Positions 35,250 through 49,137 are shown, counted from the first letter of the stretch. The stretch is 64,000 bases of DNA from Vicugna vicugna (GCA_013265495.1 MU057947.1:692048-756047); one strand, 5' to 3'. Notes: generated from the sequence alone by a model not told the origin. Translations and numbers: made by a program.

Positions 35250-37520
35250 TTTAAGAGACAGGGGACTTTTCCATCACTTGATGGGCTTCCCACCTGCCCC
35301 CTTCCAGTCACCCTCCACCCGCCGTGGGACCTCCTGTCCTGCCTCTATCAGCGTGGATCGGGTCTGCTGCGGTGAGCTTCCTATGCAGAGAATCGGCTTC
35401 TTTCGCTTAACACAGCGCTTCTGGAGCCCGCCCTGGTGGTGTCTGAATCGGGCGTTCATGCCCCGCTGCTGATTGATGCTGCACTGTAAGAATACACCGC
35501 AGTGTGTTTCTTCAGTCTTCTGTTGATGGGCAGCAAGTTGTTTCTGGCTTGAGCCTCCATCAGTAGAGCTGCCGTCAGCGTTCTTGCTCTAGTCTTCCGT
35601 GGACGCGTGTTCGCATTTCCCCCAGGTATGTACTTAGGGACCTGGTTTACCTTTATAGGCACTTTCTGTTTTCCGCAGTGGTCGTACCATTTTACACACT
35701 CACCAGCAATACCGACAGCATTTAATTTGTCGTTCTTTTCCATTTTACCCCTAATGGGTGTGAAATGGACTCTCACGGTGGTTCTGCTTTGATTTCCTAA
35801 ATGCCCGGTGGTTCTGAGCACCATCCGTGGGCTTCCTGGCTCTCCTTACTTCTCCCTGGCGATGTGGCTGTTTGCTCCCTTCTCGTGTTCCCATTTGTCA
35901 TCTCGGCAGCGAGTTGTAGAAGTTCTTTACTCTAGAAGCAATTCCTCTGTTAATTATTTGTGTTGGAAAAAGCTTCTCCTGGTCAGCCGCTTGCCTTTTC
36001 ATTTTCTCAGCAGTGACTTTTGCTTTTTAAGCAAGAAATTCACTACAAGGTGTTAAGTAGCTCCAGAGTCACTGGAAGGCCGTTCGGGGGCCGAGTTGGC
36101 AGGACAGCTTCCAGGCGCACAGGAGCCTGGCCGGAGGGGAGCGCTGCGGCTGGGGCTGCCACCAGAGCCACGCTGCTTCTGTCACGTCCAAGAAGTCTCC
36201 TCTGGTATCTTCCGTGTCCTTAAACTTTTTATTTTGCCATGATTTTAGACTTAGAAAACAGTTGCAAAGACAGCACAAGGGGTCCCACATGCCCTGCACC
36301 CAGCTTCCATGATGTCCCGTGGTACAGTGATCAAAACTAAGAAGTTCACACTGGTCGGTCCTGTTCACTGCGCTACAGACCTTATTCAGGGGCCACCAGT
36401 TTTCCCACTCATGGCCTTTTTCTGTTTGAAGCTCCAGTCCAAGGAACCGCATTGCATCTGGTCACTGCGTCTCCTCCGTCTCCCCCAAGTGGCAACCGTT
36501 TCTCACCTTTTCCTTTTCTCTCATGACATTGACTCAATGTTTTACTTTATGCTTGAACTTCACGCCCTTAAGGTGTTTACCACCTAGTCCCAGGAGTTTT
36601 CTTCCGGATTGCGCCGGGCGATGTCCACGTGCGGTCGTACCGTCTGTGGGGGGGTCATTCCACTCCCTCCTCTCCCGCTTTTGTGCCTTTCGTTTCTTTT
36701 TCTTATCTTATTTCGCTGTTTATGACCGCCAGTCTGTGTTGAACAGGAGAGAGAAGATTGGACCTTCTTGCCACGCTGACCCGTCTTGGGGGGAGGTCGC
36801 CCGGGCCCTGGCCGCCAAGCGCCGTGTCGGCCGCAGTTTTCTCAGAGGTGCCCTTTGTCTCCCTGAGGAGTTTTCCTTCCATTCCTTGTTGCTGAGAGTT
36901 TTCACGATGAATGAGCTGAATTTATCAAATGCGCCTCCTGCACCTGATGAGATGGCTGTGTGGTGGTTCTCCTTGCTCTGCCGATACGGCGAGTTACAGT
37001 TGACCTTCCAGTGTTAGAATAGCCTTGCATTTCTAGAGTAAACTCACTTGGGCACGATGTCGTCTTCGCACATAGTGCTGATTTAATTTGCTAATGTGTT
37101 GTAATTTATTTTTGTGTCTCTGGTCGAGAAAAGCACTGGCCCAAGATTTCCTTTTCCTCTTTCTTTGTTCTCAGGCTTATGCTGGACTCACAAAGTGTAC
37201 TGGGAAGGGCTCTCTGTCTCTCTCCTCTGAAGGAGTTTAAGGATTACCTTATTTTTCCCTCAGATGTGTGGCAGAGTTCACCAGGGAAGCCCTCTGAGCC
37301 TCGGGTTTCCTTTGTGAGAGGTCCTTCACTGCAGGTGCGATTTTTAAAACTGACGAGGCCGTCTACATTTTATATCGGTTTTGTATCAGTTACAGTTTTC
37401 CAGGAATTTATGCATTTTCTCGGAGTTATTAAATTTCAGGCAGGATGAGGTTCCCGGTGTCCCGTTCCTAACCCCTTCACGTACAATGTCCTTTTCCTCA
37501 CTCCTAATATTAGTATTTCA
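35250..37520 (-). mobile_element. Cluster of old antisense L1M fragments (3'UTR and ORF2)
   Basis: gtaccattttacacactcaccagcaat, ctaatgggtgtgaaatgg, ttttagacttagaaaacagttgcaaag, ttccttccattccttgttgctgagagtttt and gagttcaccagggaagccctctg. Confidence 0.75.
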
Positions 37521-37539
37521 CGTCTCCGTTTTTATCAGC

Positions 37540-39795
37540 TGTGCTGGGCACCACGGTTTCCGTGGCTGCATAGCGAATTGCCCCAAAATCAAGCGGCTGA
37601 AACAACAGTGACTTACTGCTTCTCACGTTCTGTGGGCTGGCTGCTTAATTCCTCTCCTGGCTCCCCCGGGCCCACTCCTGCGGCTGCATTTCACAGGAGG
37701 GTCCGTGAGGCTGGAGCGTTGGGGTTGGCCTCACTCACACGTGCAGTGTTGACACTGGCTGTTGACTGAAGCACCCCAGTTCCCAGCCTCAGGCCCTCTC
37801 ATCCTCCTGTAGGTTAGACAGACTTCCTGGTCTCAGGGCAATATTCCAAGAGGGCAAAGGCAGAAGTCCCAAGGCCACCTGAAGCCTAAAGTCAGAATGC
37901 ACAAAGTGTCACTTCCGCCACATCCTAGTGACCAAGGCAAAATCACCAGGCCAGCCCAGATCTAATACAGTTGAGAAGAGCATAGGAGACATGGCAAGGG
38001 TTCACTGCAGAGGGCCTTGCCTTCTGTGAAAGAATTTGTGTCCATGAAGTCGTCTGTCACATTCCACAGCCTGGCCGCCAATACCATATTATTTCTCCCA
38101 CCGCCACATGCCTCAAAGGCTTGTTCCAATTTAAGCGACAGACTCAATGTCCGGGATCTCACGATCTACATCAGGCCATCTGGATATATACACACGGCTT
38201 CTCTCGTGTGACTCGTCTTGGTCCAGAGATCTGCAAACTATCACACCAAGTTACCCCGCAGACAGAGCCAGGATGGCCACGGCAGCCCCTTTCATGGAAA
38301 AGAGGAGGAACAGGGCACGTGGACATGCCGGTCCTCACCACTCCTGGGACCCGGCGGCCCAGGGCGTCCGAGCCCCTACGCAGAGGCAGGAGCTATTCCT
38401 TGACTAAGGCCAAGTCCTGTTCCCAGGAGGGGTTTCCTAGCCCAGGATTCTCCCCGTCGGTCTCATTCTGCTCTCCAGCGGCCCTTTCTTTTCTATCAGG
38501 AATGATCCATGTTTGAAGGTCAGAGGTGCTCTCTGTCTGCTTCCTGCGCATAGAAACCTGGAGGCCCGGAATCGCCTTTTCATTTTGAACAGCATCAGCC
38601 CCTTAGTCGCACTGGTAGTGTTTTATTAATATAATTTTCTTAAAAATTTTGTGGGTCTCCTATGAATCTTACATGAGTTTCTTCTGTGCCCCCCAAAGTC
38701 ACAACTACAGTTCTTTTCAAGACAGACCTCTCTGTACTTTGGCTGTGTTAGGGTTCTCTGAGACAGTACCCTCAGACTTCTAGAAGCCCTTTTGCTCTGG
38801 TTGACAGGGTCTGAAAGGCACTGCTTCAAATCTTTCTGAGGTCTTACAGTCACTCCATTGATTCAGTCTTTACCCAGAGGCCATTTGTCCCTCTAGAATG
38901 TTCTGCTGACTGTTAAAACTGAAAATGTGAAGTACTTCCGTTTTTCACTCAGCTAGGTGCTCCTAATTCTTTTATAGTCTCTCTAAATTCTGCCTGCAAA
39001 CAGCAAGGTTTTTGTTTGTTTGTTTTGGGCTATTTTCTAAGTTCATCGCCCCCACAGGAAGCTAACTGGCAGTTTCAGCAGTCTGCCTGCAAGTATTTCC
39101 GCCCCGGCTTCTGCACTCCGTAGGCACATTTTCTGTTTTCCAGATTCACTGTTGAGATAGTCTCGTCCCCTGTTCTGCCACTACCTGACACAGGTCCCTG
39201 TTTCTCCAGCTCCGGGTCAGTCCTCTAGCTCATCCAGCTCTACTGCAGATCTCCTCAACACCTTCTCAGCCTCCCCTGCTACCTAAACTCAGTGCTACCT
39301 GTTTTAAGTTTTTGTCACAGCAGCCCCTCTCTTCCAGATACTAATTTCCACTTCAGCTACTGCCGCATAACAAGCCGCCCAAACACTCAGAACAGCGATG
39401 ATTTGCTACTCTGCACATGTCTGTGGCTTGGCTGGGCTGTTGCTTTTACAAGGGTCCTTGAGGCGGGGGCTCCAGGGTGGCCCGACTCACGTGTCCAGCA
39501 GTTGCTGCTGCTGTCCCCCGGGCCACCTCTGCTGTCCCCCAGGTACCCTCTTTGGCTCCAGGAGGCCTCCTCTCTGGCTGTGGCCTCAGGGCCATGTATC
39601 CAAGAGCGAAGGTAGAGCCTGCACAGCCTGGAGGCTGAGGCCCCGAGTGGGCACAGCTCCTCTTCCACCGTGTCTCATTGTCAGTCCTAGCGAGTCACGG
39701 GGTGGCTGGTTTCAAGGGCAGGGGACCTGGGCCTCGTGGCACAAAGTCCCACCGCAGAGGAGCACGGGAAGGCTTTTTGCCACAGTCTTAGGAAA
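37540..39795 (-). mobile_element. MaLR (MLT1H/J-like) element with LTR-internal-LTR layout
   Basis: Two related LTR-like blocks (~37540-38065 and ~39345-39795), each beginning gctgcata(gcg/ac)aa...cc.aaa...aacag; the internal segment ends in cccctctcttccagatactaatttc, typical of the MaLR internal/LTR junction. Confidence 0.6.
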
Positions 39796-40999
39796 CAGGC
39801 TGCACATCAGGTGGCTCTTAGTTGTGTGGTTCTTTCAGGACCTGGTGGGGCCTTGGCATCCCGTGTCCTCGTCCTTCTCACCCACTGTTTCATCCTCGGG
39901 CCCCACATCACAGCAAGTTCCTGAGGGCGGTGACTTCCAAGGGGGTCCTCTCCCTGTCTCAGCCTCAGAATGGTGGACATTGAGAGCTCTCAAAGTGCCG
40001 TCCTCGAGGGCCCGCCACAGCCCTTTCCCTCCAGGGTTCAGGCGACGTGCGACAGCGGCTGGGGCACTGGGGGAGCAAGGCATGCGCTTGAGCAGTGGCC
40101 TGCTGGCCCTCACCTCTCTCTCCACGGTCCCGTTCCAGGATGGGCCTGGTCCTCCCTGGCCCGCCCTCCCCTCCCCTCCTCCTTAAGGGAATGATCGAAA
40201 ATCTAACAGTGATGCGTCTCAAGGGCCCTTTCCCCCAAAACATCCACACTCCACCCAGAGGCACCTGTCCCCCGAGTTCCCCCCACCCACCTGCACGTGG
40301 GCGCCCTGGCCTCCTGCCGGAGGTGGAGACCCTGACCCACTGGGAAGGGGCTGGGCCCCTCGTCAGCACAGGGCCCTGGGCTGCATGTCCCCAGGTTGGC
40401 TCTAGCTGTCTCATTTCCGGCTCCGTGCCGACACCTGCCCATCTTTCTCCTTCTCTGTCCACCCCCAGCCCTCCTTCCTGCGTGTTACCAGCGTAGGAAG
40501 GGTGAGGGGGCAGCTGTTTTCAGAGGTTTCCCTGCAGGGCTTCCCTGGACTCCACCGGGTTCAGCCAAGACGTTGACAGGGCTCCACGGGGGAGCTGATC
40601 CCAAGAACAAAACAAGATCACTTGCAGCACCGGCCGGTCTTGTGAAGCGGCTGTGAGGCTGGCTCCTTGACATCCTTACTCCTCAGTGATGCCGCAGGTG
40701 CAGCTCAGCCAGGAGCTGGTCCCCTGAGCTCTGACCCAGGGTGCGGTGGGCCGACAGACACCTGCGCACCTTGAGGGGTTGCTGCCTACATCGTGAGTCT
40801 GTGAGCCAAGGGGCTGGTGGCCACAAAGAGTGGACCCACAGAGCGGCGTGGCCTCTGCCCTCCCCACACCCACTTCGGGAGAACCTTCAAGTGGGAGCCA
40901 CGGGCCTGATCCCTTCAGTCCTGGATGGGGCCGTCCACGGGTTCCGAACACACGTGGCCACAGCTGGACAGCCGAGGCTGGTCTGGCCCCATGTCCATG

Positions 41000-41505
41000 G
41001 GAGACACAGAGGGTTCTTCTAACCCAGCAGTCCAGGGTGAAAGCCACAGGATACCAGGATTTTTCTTTAAAAAACATCAATGTCAGAAAAAGACAGAGGC
41101 TGTGAGCGTGTCCCGGATGAAAGGAGACTCAAAAGGCAGCTGAGACGCGCCCTGCTCCTAGGCCACGCCCCGCAATAGCGGGAGAAGACGTGGCGGGGCG
41201 CTGCTGGGTCAGCTGGCGGAACGGAGCAGGGGAGGCAGGCTGCAGTGCCGTGTCGATGCCGCGTGTAAGCTGGTAGCTGAGCCCTTCCTCCTGAGAAACA
41301 GAGCCTGGGGAGCTTGGGCTGAACAGCACGATGTGTTCTCTGGACCCAAGTGGTCCAGAGAAAACACAGAGGGAGGGCGGCAGTGACGCTCTTAGCAGTG
41401 CGTGAGTCTGGGTGAGGGATCACGGGGTGTGCTCCGGACGGTTCTGTTCTGCCCACTTTTCTGTAAGTTTGAAATGATTTCCAAGTGGAAAGTTTTTAGA
41501 AAATG
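41000..41505 (+). mobile_element. L1MC-like 3' end, strongly GC-shifted
   Basis: aaaacatcaatgtcagaaaaagacagaggctg... ending gcccacttttctgtaagtttgaaatgatttccaag. Confidence 0.6.
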
Positions 41506-44500
41506 GTTTTGTTTTCTGAGGGCCTGGGTGTCGAGCGACCTCAGGCAAGTCCCTAAGGCAGCCTGCGGAGACGCGGGGGCGGGACCCCAGGGCAAGCCGC
41601 CGAGGGAAGGGGAATCCCCGCGAAGGCTGCGTGTGTGCTGAGCGGGGCCCAGGGCGCTGTTCGGAGCGTGTAAATCTGCAGACCACTTTGAGGCCTTTCC
41701 CTGAAAGCAAGAGCGCCCACCGTCAGTGTGTGGACACTAACCTCTTAATTTCAGTTTTACTGGCCAGGCAGCAGCAGGCTATTGAATGGACTGGGGCAAA
41801 GTGTCTTCCTTAAGTGTTTGGAACTGGGGGAGGCTGAGTACCTGTTGTCGCTCCCCATTTGCTCCAAAGCCCTCAGACGCCCTTAACGTTTGGATTGATT
41901 CTCCTCTTCGGCATGTCTTCAATTTGGTTTCAGGCACTTTCCAATAAGTGCATGAAGTGCTCTGGGGCGCCGGAGAGGCACTAAAGAAATCAGTACGTGT
42001 TCATCACCCTCGCGGCGGTCACGAGAGCGGCCGTCCCCCGAGCCGGGCCCACCGGGGGCGCCGTCCTCCCAGGCTGCGGGGCTTTGCGTCTCCCCGTCTC
42101 CGTGGTGCTCAGTATCGCGCCGCTGGCCGCCGTGCTCAGCCCTCGTGCTCCTGTCTCAGACACGGGGGTTCCACGGTCCACAGTTGTGTGTTCATATCCT
42201 TCCCTCACTGACAGGGTGTCCGGACGAGGCCCTGACACGCGCCACCCAGGAGACCAGCTGCCAGTCCACTGCTGACGGAAAGCGAAGGGCAAGCCGCCTG
42301 CCCGCTGGGCGGAGACGGCGCTGTGTCGGCGCGGAGCAGGTGCCGGAGAGCTGAAAGCAGAGGAAAGAAGCAGGTGAGAAAGGAGTTGGGCTGTGAGCCC
42401 GAGGCCCAGAGAAGCTCCTTAAGCCGCGTGGGGCTCGGCCCCACGTCAGTGTCCACGGCTCCGGCACTGCCCCTCCAGGGCTGTGTGCGGCCCTCCACTC
42501 GCCCCTGGAGAGGCGCAGACAGCATCCTGCCCCACCCCTGGCTGGGTTTTTGCTCAAACTCCATCTCTTCCTGCCCCTCACTTCCAGGCGGCAGGACAGG
42601 GTGGTGCTTCCCCCTGGAGACACCTTGACGTGGACAGTCAGTGTCCAGGCAGGTCACCTGGTGGGTCACCTCAAGGGTGGCGGGGGCCAGTGATCCGAGG
42701 AACTGGGGACAGAGGAAGCGTTCCTCAACCGAGACTCTGGCTTCTTGAGAAGCAGGCCTGGCCCCGTAAATAACAGTAGGTTCTGGTGACAGCGGGAGCC
42801 GTGCCCTCTGCCCAGCTGCTGCCTGCGTGCCTGGCCCACGACCTCCGGCCTGGCGTGAGTGAGCTCGGCTCACGCCTGCGGCTTCGGGGGGCCTGGTTAT
42901 GGGATGCCATTGATGAGGCATTTATAAATATTTAATCTTCACATTAAAAACAGGGGACAGAAGCTGACAGTAAAAAGGCCTTCTCCGCCGATTGCCGGGG
43001 CAGAAGAATATGGGGGCAGATTTCGATGGGGCCGAGTGACAGACGTGTTAGTCGGAAGGATGTACACGCATGTTGTGAACAAGGCAGCTGCGGCCCAGCC
43101 CTGTGGTCGGGACCTGAAACGGACCCGCCGTTTCCTGAGAGGCTGTTTAAAGTACAGACCGTTCATACAAACGAAATGGATGGTTTATTTATGTCTGGTG
43201 CCGGTAAGAACGGAGGAGAAAAGTTCAGCCCAGTATAAAAAGCTTAAATCTTGATTTTTCCCTTCCCCCTCTCAAAAAGAATGGGTTCCTTGCATTGTAA
43301 ATTATCCAGCCCTCGGCCTCGGGGTGGCAGCTACCTCAGACTGGTGTGGACATTGCATAATCTTAAATATTGATTCTTGTTTGACTTAAAAAAAAAAAAA
43401 ACCAAGTCCAAGTGCACCGGGCTCCTCCAGTCGACATGGCCAGGAAATCGCCCTCCCCATAGCTCACTTCTGACGGCCTCCAGCCTTCCTGACAGCAAGA
43501 TCCATTCTGATTAGAAAAGTTCTAGGAGAAAAAGCAACGTTCGGGGTTACCTTCTCCATCAGCCAGCTCCCGCCCACGTCTGATTCTTAGCTGCCCCCCT
43601 GAGCTTCCTGGACAGAGCGAAGCCCAGATGATGCAGAGGCCATCACTCCTCCCAAAGGAAGCCCCCCGTGTGGGACTCAGGGCAGCCCCACCCAGTCGGG
43701 GCCCCTCGCTGGGCGAGGGGGCGAGGGGTGCCTGCTCGCCCCCCAGAGACCTTGAGTGTGTGCAGAGCTGGAAAACCTGGCCAAGTGTGTCCTCCATGCC
43801 AAAGAAATAATGTCTTTTTCAAAAGAAAATCATTTTCACAAGGCAAAGCTGCGCGGTGTGGTGTTTGCAGCTGGACTACCGAGGCCCCAGGGCACCGAGA
43901 TAATTAGGGCTTGGGTTTTAGGAGAATGAAGAGAATGGTCTTTGTGTAAATCCATTAGGGTTAAGAATGAACCACTTCTCATCCCTTCCGCCGCACCAGC
44001 CACTTAGCGCTGGGGAAGGCGGGGGGCAGGCGGGGCCAACTGCACGCCGAGAACCTGGTCCTCCTCCCAGACTCGGTGATGCCATTTCCGTGACTAAACG
44101 CAGGAGGAAAACCGAACCATAAAGCATTGCTTCCGTTTGGCAACTTGTGGTCCAGTTTCTTGAAATGCAATTAATTTCTCCAGTCCTCTGCGGCCGCAGG
44201 TTTCATTATCTATCACCCAACCAGTCAGCTCCGCGTACCTGCCGGGGCGTCGGAGGCGGGAGATCTGTTGACTGATTCCTTCAGTTTGATACTTAAAAGG
44301 CCTCCCTCTGACAAGTGTTTCTAGCTACTGCAGCTGTCACCGGGCTGACAGCGAGGAAGCAGGGTGGTTCGCGAGTGGAGTTCCGTGTTCAGGTGGCGCG
44401 CGGTGCCCCGCGTGGCGGGGCCGTTCCTGCTGCTTTCCTCCCGCTGTGCCCCGCGGGGTCTCAGAGGGACTGTCACGCACAGGGTGCGTCTGAGCAGAGT

Positions 44501-46229
44501 GTAGAAACAAACAACCCACGTCCTGGGCTGATGGCAGCGGGTCTGGTTACAGGAAAGCACGCCGCGGGGGCGCCGTGCTGAGCTACGACGGCGGCAGCCT
44601 TCTCTCGGGGTGCCCCCAGGGGGGGGCTCCTGTCTGCACCCGACATACCCTCACTCCATCTCCAACCATTTTTTTTAGGCTACTGGGTCACAGGGGTCAT
44701 GATGGGCCAAATGCACGGTGAGCTTGGGGCTCACCAGCGTCCACACCCTCCTGGGCCTCTCGGGCTGCTCCTGAGCGTCGACTCACAGGGGCCGGCTGTT
44801 CTGAGAAGGCTTGGCCCACCAGCATTGTGCAGATAGATGCTTTGTTCACAGATGAGCCATGGCTGCCCTCTAAAGCTGTGCGGGAGACCGTCTCTGCCGG
44901 GACTGGGCAGGTGTGTCAGTCACAGCCGGGATGTCATGGGGCCGATGGGTATTTCTTATCAAGTCCCTCTCTCCTCCAGGACCTCCTGCAGCCTGGCCCC
45001 AGGCCCCACGCCTGCCAATCTCACTGCGTGAACTTCTCCAGACAACAGGTTTAGGGTCCAGCCTCTTACTGTTACTTTCTTAGCCTGAAACAAAATCAGT
45101 GGCATTGCTGGAGTTCCGAGCTCCCCACCTTTCATCCCGGAGACCCGTGTCCTCCTGAACCTATCGGCTCCTCTGGAGGGTCTTTTGCTCTCTCATTTAC
45201 CAGGTTTGCCTCCCATCCACTCTCTTCCTACAGGTCCAATTCAGCGACTTTGAATTCTCGGGCGATCTCTCAGCTTTTATAAATGTGATGGGCAGCTTCC
45301 GATGCTCGAGAATGACTTGTGTTTTGCGGGTGTACGGTCTATTTCTGTTCCTGTCTCTGCCCCCGCGTCCCGAGTTCCTCCAGCGACCCCAGTGGAAACC
45401 CGCCCTTCCTACTGATTCACAGCTCCTGTGCTTCATAACGTCCTTGTTAGAAACTTACTTTTGTCAAGGAGATGCTTTAGCCGCCCGCAAAAGCTGCCTT
45501 TGGAATAGAAATTCCTCTGATACCCATACAAACGCTTCGTTTTATTTCCTTGCTTCTCTGTTTCTTTCTGAGTTTCCCCGCACAGATCAGATCTTGGCAA
45601 AAGGAAGCTGAAAGCTGCCCACGGTCCCAGAGAGGCAGCCCCGGCCCCTCTTACACTTCCCAGGAGCTCAGCCCTTCGCCGCGTTCACAGCCTCTCTCCC
45701 GTCTTTGCGGCGGCCCTGCCATCTGTGACGCTGTTCTCATCTCAGAGGTGGGACGTCTAGCTGCAGGGTTGCTTCTCCTAAGGTCTCTGCTCTTCTGAGG
45801 AGGCTGGGCCCTGGCCAGGTCCGGTGACCCTAAACCTCGGTCCTGTCCAGTCCAGTCCATGATGCACCTCCTGCTCCTCAGGAGTGATGGGCTGTCGGTC
45901 TGGTTCGCGGGGGAGCTGGAGGAGGGGCTGCAGAGGCCAAGCCCCCTGCACTTCGCTCAGTGCCCCCCAGGACCCAGTGCAGAGGCGGCTCTGGGGGTCT
46001 GTCTCCGCTCACTCAGCTGCAGTGCCCATGGTGCCCTGGGTCTCCACCATCCCTGTGACCGTCTTCCCCCAGGTCTGGGGGTCCTTGCAGGCTGCTGGCC
46101 TTCCTTCCCTTTGAAGCTTTGACCCTTCAGTGCTGATGGCCATGAAGACCCAAGTGCTGGTGCTGGCTCACCGCTGGTGAGGACGTGGAGCCTCGGCCTC
46201 CTCTTCGCCGCCGGAGGGAACGCAGCATG

Positions 46230-46840
46230 GCACAGGGCTGGGCAGGCAGTCCGGCAGTGTCTCCCACAGCTGAGCATTCTCCTACTTACAGTTCAGCAAT
46301 CACCCTCTTTGATTTTAACCCAAAGAGTCAAAACCTTGTGTTCACACAAAAACCTGCCCACAGGTAGCAGGTTTATCCATAAAGCCCCAAACTCGGAAGC
46401 AACCAGCGTGTCCTTCCACAGGTGATGGATGAATGAATAAACCGCGGACGACCAATCCAGACAATGGAATGTTAGTCGGCGCTAAAAAGAAGTGAGCTTC
46501 CACAGAAAACTGTATTCAGTATCTTGTAAAAACCTATAATGAAAAAGAACGTGAAAAGGAATATATATACACATATAACTGAAGAACTATGCCGTACACC
46601 AGAAACTAACACAACGTTATTGATCAGTGATGCTTCAATTAAAAATAAATAAAATAAAAAATAAAGAAACCATAACTACTTACCTAAAAAAAGAAGTGAG
46701 CTAGCGAGCCATGGACAGACGTGGAGGAGATGGAAATGCACGGTAATGAAAGAGGCTGGTCTGTGAAGGCTGCAGTTAACTGTTTGCTTCTGCTCTGGAA
46801 AAGGCAAAACCGCAGAGACAGTGAAAAGATCAGTGGTTGT
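46230..46840 (+). mobile_element. Old L1M 3' region interrupted by a younger L1 tail
   Basis: cagcaatcaccctc...aaaacctgcccacagg...caatccagacaatggaatgttagtcggcgctaaaaaga...ggaaaaggcaaaaccgcagagacagtgaaaagatcagtggttg. Confidence 0.75.
46499..46687 (+). mobile_element. Short young L1 3' tail with a 15-bp target-site duplication
   Basis: Same family as 28609-28991 (ctataatgaaaaagaa...cgtacaccagaaactaacacaac); flanked by the exact repeat AAAAAGAAGTGAGCT at 46484-46498 and 46688-46702. Confidence 0.85.
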
Positions 46841-46844
46841 TTTT

Positions 46845-48440
46845 AAGCCAACCATACTGTTCTGATTACTATCATTTCGTAATATAGCTTGAAATCAGAG
46901 AGCATGATGGCTCCAGCTCTGTTCTTTCTCAAGACTGCCCTGGCTATTTGGTCTTTCATCATTCTGTACAAATTTTAGGATTTTTTTTCTATTTCTGTAA
47001 AAAATACCATATTGTATGAATACGCCACGGTTTTATTTATTGATTTTACTCTTGATGGACATGTTTCTATTTTGCAGGTATTACCGACTGTGCTGCTCAG
47101 GGAACCTTTGGGAGGCGATGGATACTGCGATGAAGGTGATAGTTTCACAGGTATGCATATGTCCAAACTCATCAAATTGTATACATTACATATGTGTAGC
47201 TTTTGTACATCAGTTATGCCTCAGTGAAGCTGTTGAAAACAGTGCTGCTGTTAACATTGCTCTCCATGTGTCTTATTGAATATGTGTACACCTACTGGAA
47301 GGGGGTGCCTAGCAGTGGGGCTGCTGAGTCACGATGTTCGGCGTCAGTGGGTACTTCTGAAGCGTTCTCCCTAGTACTTGCACCAGTTTGCACTCCCACC
47401 CGCAGTGTGGGAGAGCTCCCACGGATACACCTATTTCCCAAAACATGATATTGTCTGCATTTCCTAACTAGCCGTTCTGGTGGAGGTGTAGTGGTGTCAC
47501 TTTGTGGTTTCATTTCTCTTTCCTGGTGTATAATGAAGCTTGGCATCTGTTTTTTTAATTTTTATGGGTCATGTGCATATCTGGCTTGCTATGAATTGCC
47601 TTTTCAAGTCTTCTGTCCATTTTTCTCTTAAGCTGTTTGCTTTTTTCTCACTGATAGGCAGGAGTTCTTACATCTGATATGAGTTCTTGGTCCATTGTGT
47701 GTCTTGCAGACACTCTGTGGCTTGCCTTTGTGTTCTTTTAAAGACATCATTTTGAAGAAGGGTATTTCTTTATTGTAATGTAGTCAGATTTATCCATTTT
47801 TAATTTCGTGGTTGAAGGTTTTGTGTCCCGTTTAGTGTATTTTCGCATGTCACAAGTCAGTAAAGATATTCTCCTGTGTTTTTGTCTAAGAACTCTGCTG
47901 TTTCATCTTTCACATTTAGCCACAGATCCATGCAGACTTGCTTTTTTGTGTGGGGTGTGAGGTAGGGTCGAGGTTTAATTTGCTCAGGAGGCAAAGCCGG
48001 TCGACTCAGTACCTCATGTGGCCCGGCCTCACTTTGTCACAGGTGTGGTTCTGTTGCGAGACTTTTGCTCTGTCCTTGTACCAGCGATACACTGTATCAC
48101 TTATTACAGTCCTGAGATACACCTGACAGCTGGTGGTCTAAGGTTCCCAGTTTCATGTTTCTTCAAGACTACTTTCGTTACCCTTGGCGCTTTCCGTGTT
48201 CATGTAAATTTTAGAATCGACTTATTAATTTCCATGAATGTAACCTGCTGACATTTTTGTTCCATTTAATATACAGATCAGTTTGGGAAGAATTTACCTC
48301 TTGACACTACTGAGTTTTTGAACCCACAAACATGGTGTATCCCTATAATTATTTAGATCTTTAAAATTTCTCAGTTATGATTTGTGGTTTTCAGTGTACC
48401 AGTTGTGAACAGCTTTTTAAAACATAATGTCTCTAAATTT
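46845..48440 (-). mobile_element. Cluster of mostly antisense L1M fragments
   Basis: ccatactgttctgattact...cttgaaatcagagagcatgatggctccagctctgttctttctcaagactg; caccagtttgcactcccacc; gtaaattttagaatc. A short sense-oriented L1 3' piece sits near 47100-47235. Confidence 0.75.
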
Positions 48441-49137
48441 TTTCACTGCATGCTTTTTGTTCCTATAGTGTTGTTCTCAGCAGCAAGGAATGGGACACCT
48501 TCAACAGGGCTGGTTACATAGAGGCCTTTCATCCCTGCAGCCACTGGAAGAGTAGAGCGGAGCCCCATGTACCGTCAGGGGAAGATTACTGAGGGAGCTT
48601 TATGCGGAGCAATATAAAAATCATGACCCGTGTTAGGGTATTTTTTACCTATATGGAAATGTCTATTTCTAAAGTCCTTAGAACAAGGTCTCAGAAGATT
48701 GGCAGCCCAGGGGTGGATGCATCTGCCTGGGAGGAGGAGAGTTTTAGGCAGAGCTGGGATGAAGGAGGATTAACCTTGTCCTCCCAATCCATGTTCACTG
48801 CTTTTATGTTCACAGTAAGCCTGGATTACACGAAAGCGAGAGAAAATGGATTATTATCTATGTAATGCCCACCCCACTTCTGGCCCAGGACCTGGACCAC
48901 GGTGAGGCCTCCACAAATTCTGGGACCCGCTTGGCCTCCAGGGAGGCTGTGGGTCTAACTCAGGAGTTCTTTTCTTGTTGTTCTGTTACTTTGACAAGAG
49001 TATATTGTAAGCCAGCACAAAAACGGTGTGCTGCGGAGCAAAACCGTACTAGGTAATGAAAAAAGACTGAATTCTCAGCAGGTCAGCATGGGCTGATGTT
49101 AAACCACACATCCTGAGCATACAAGCAGGCGCCTCAG

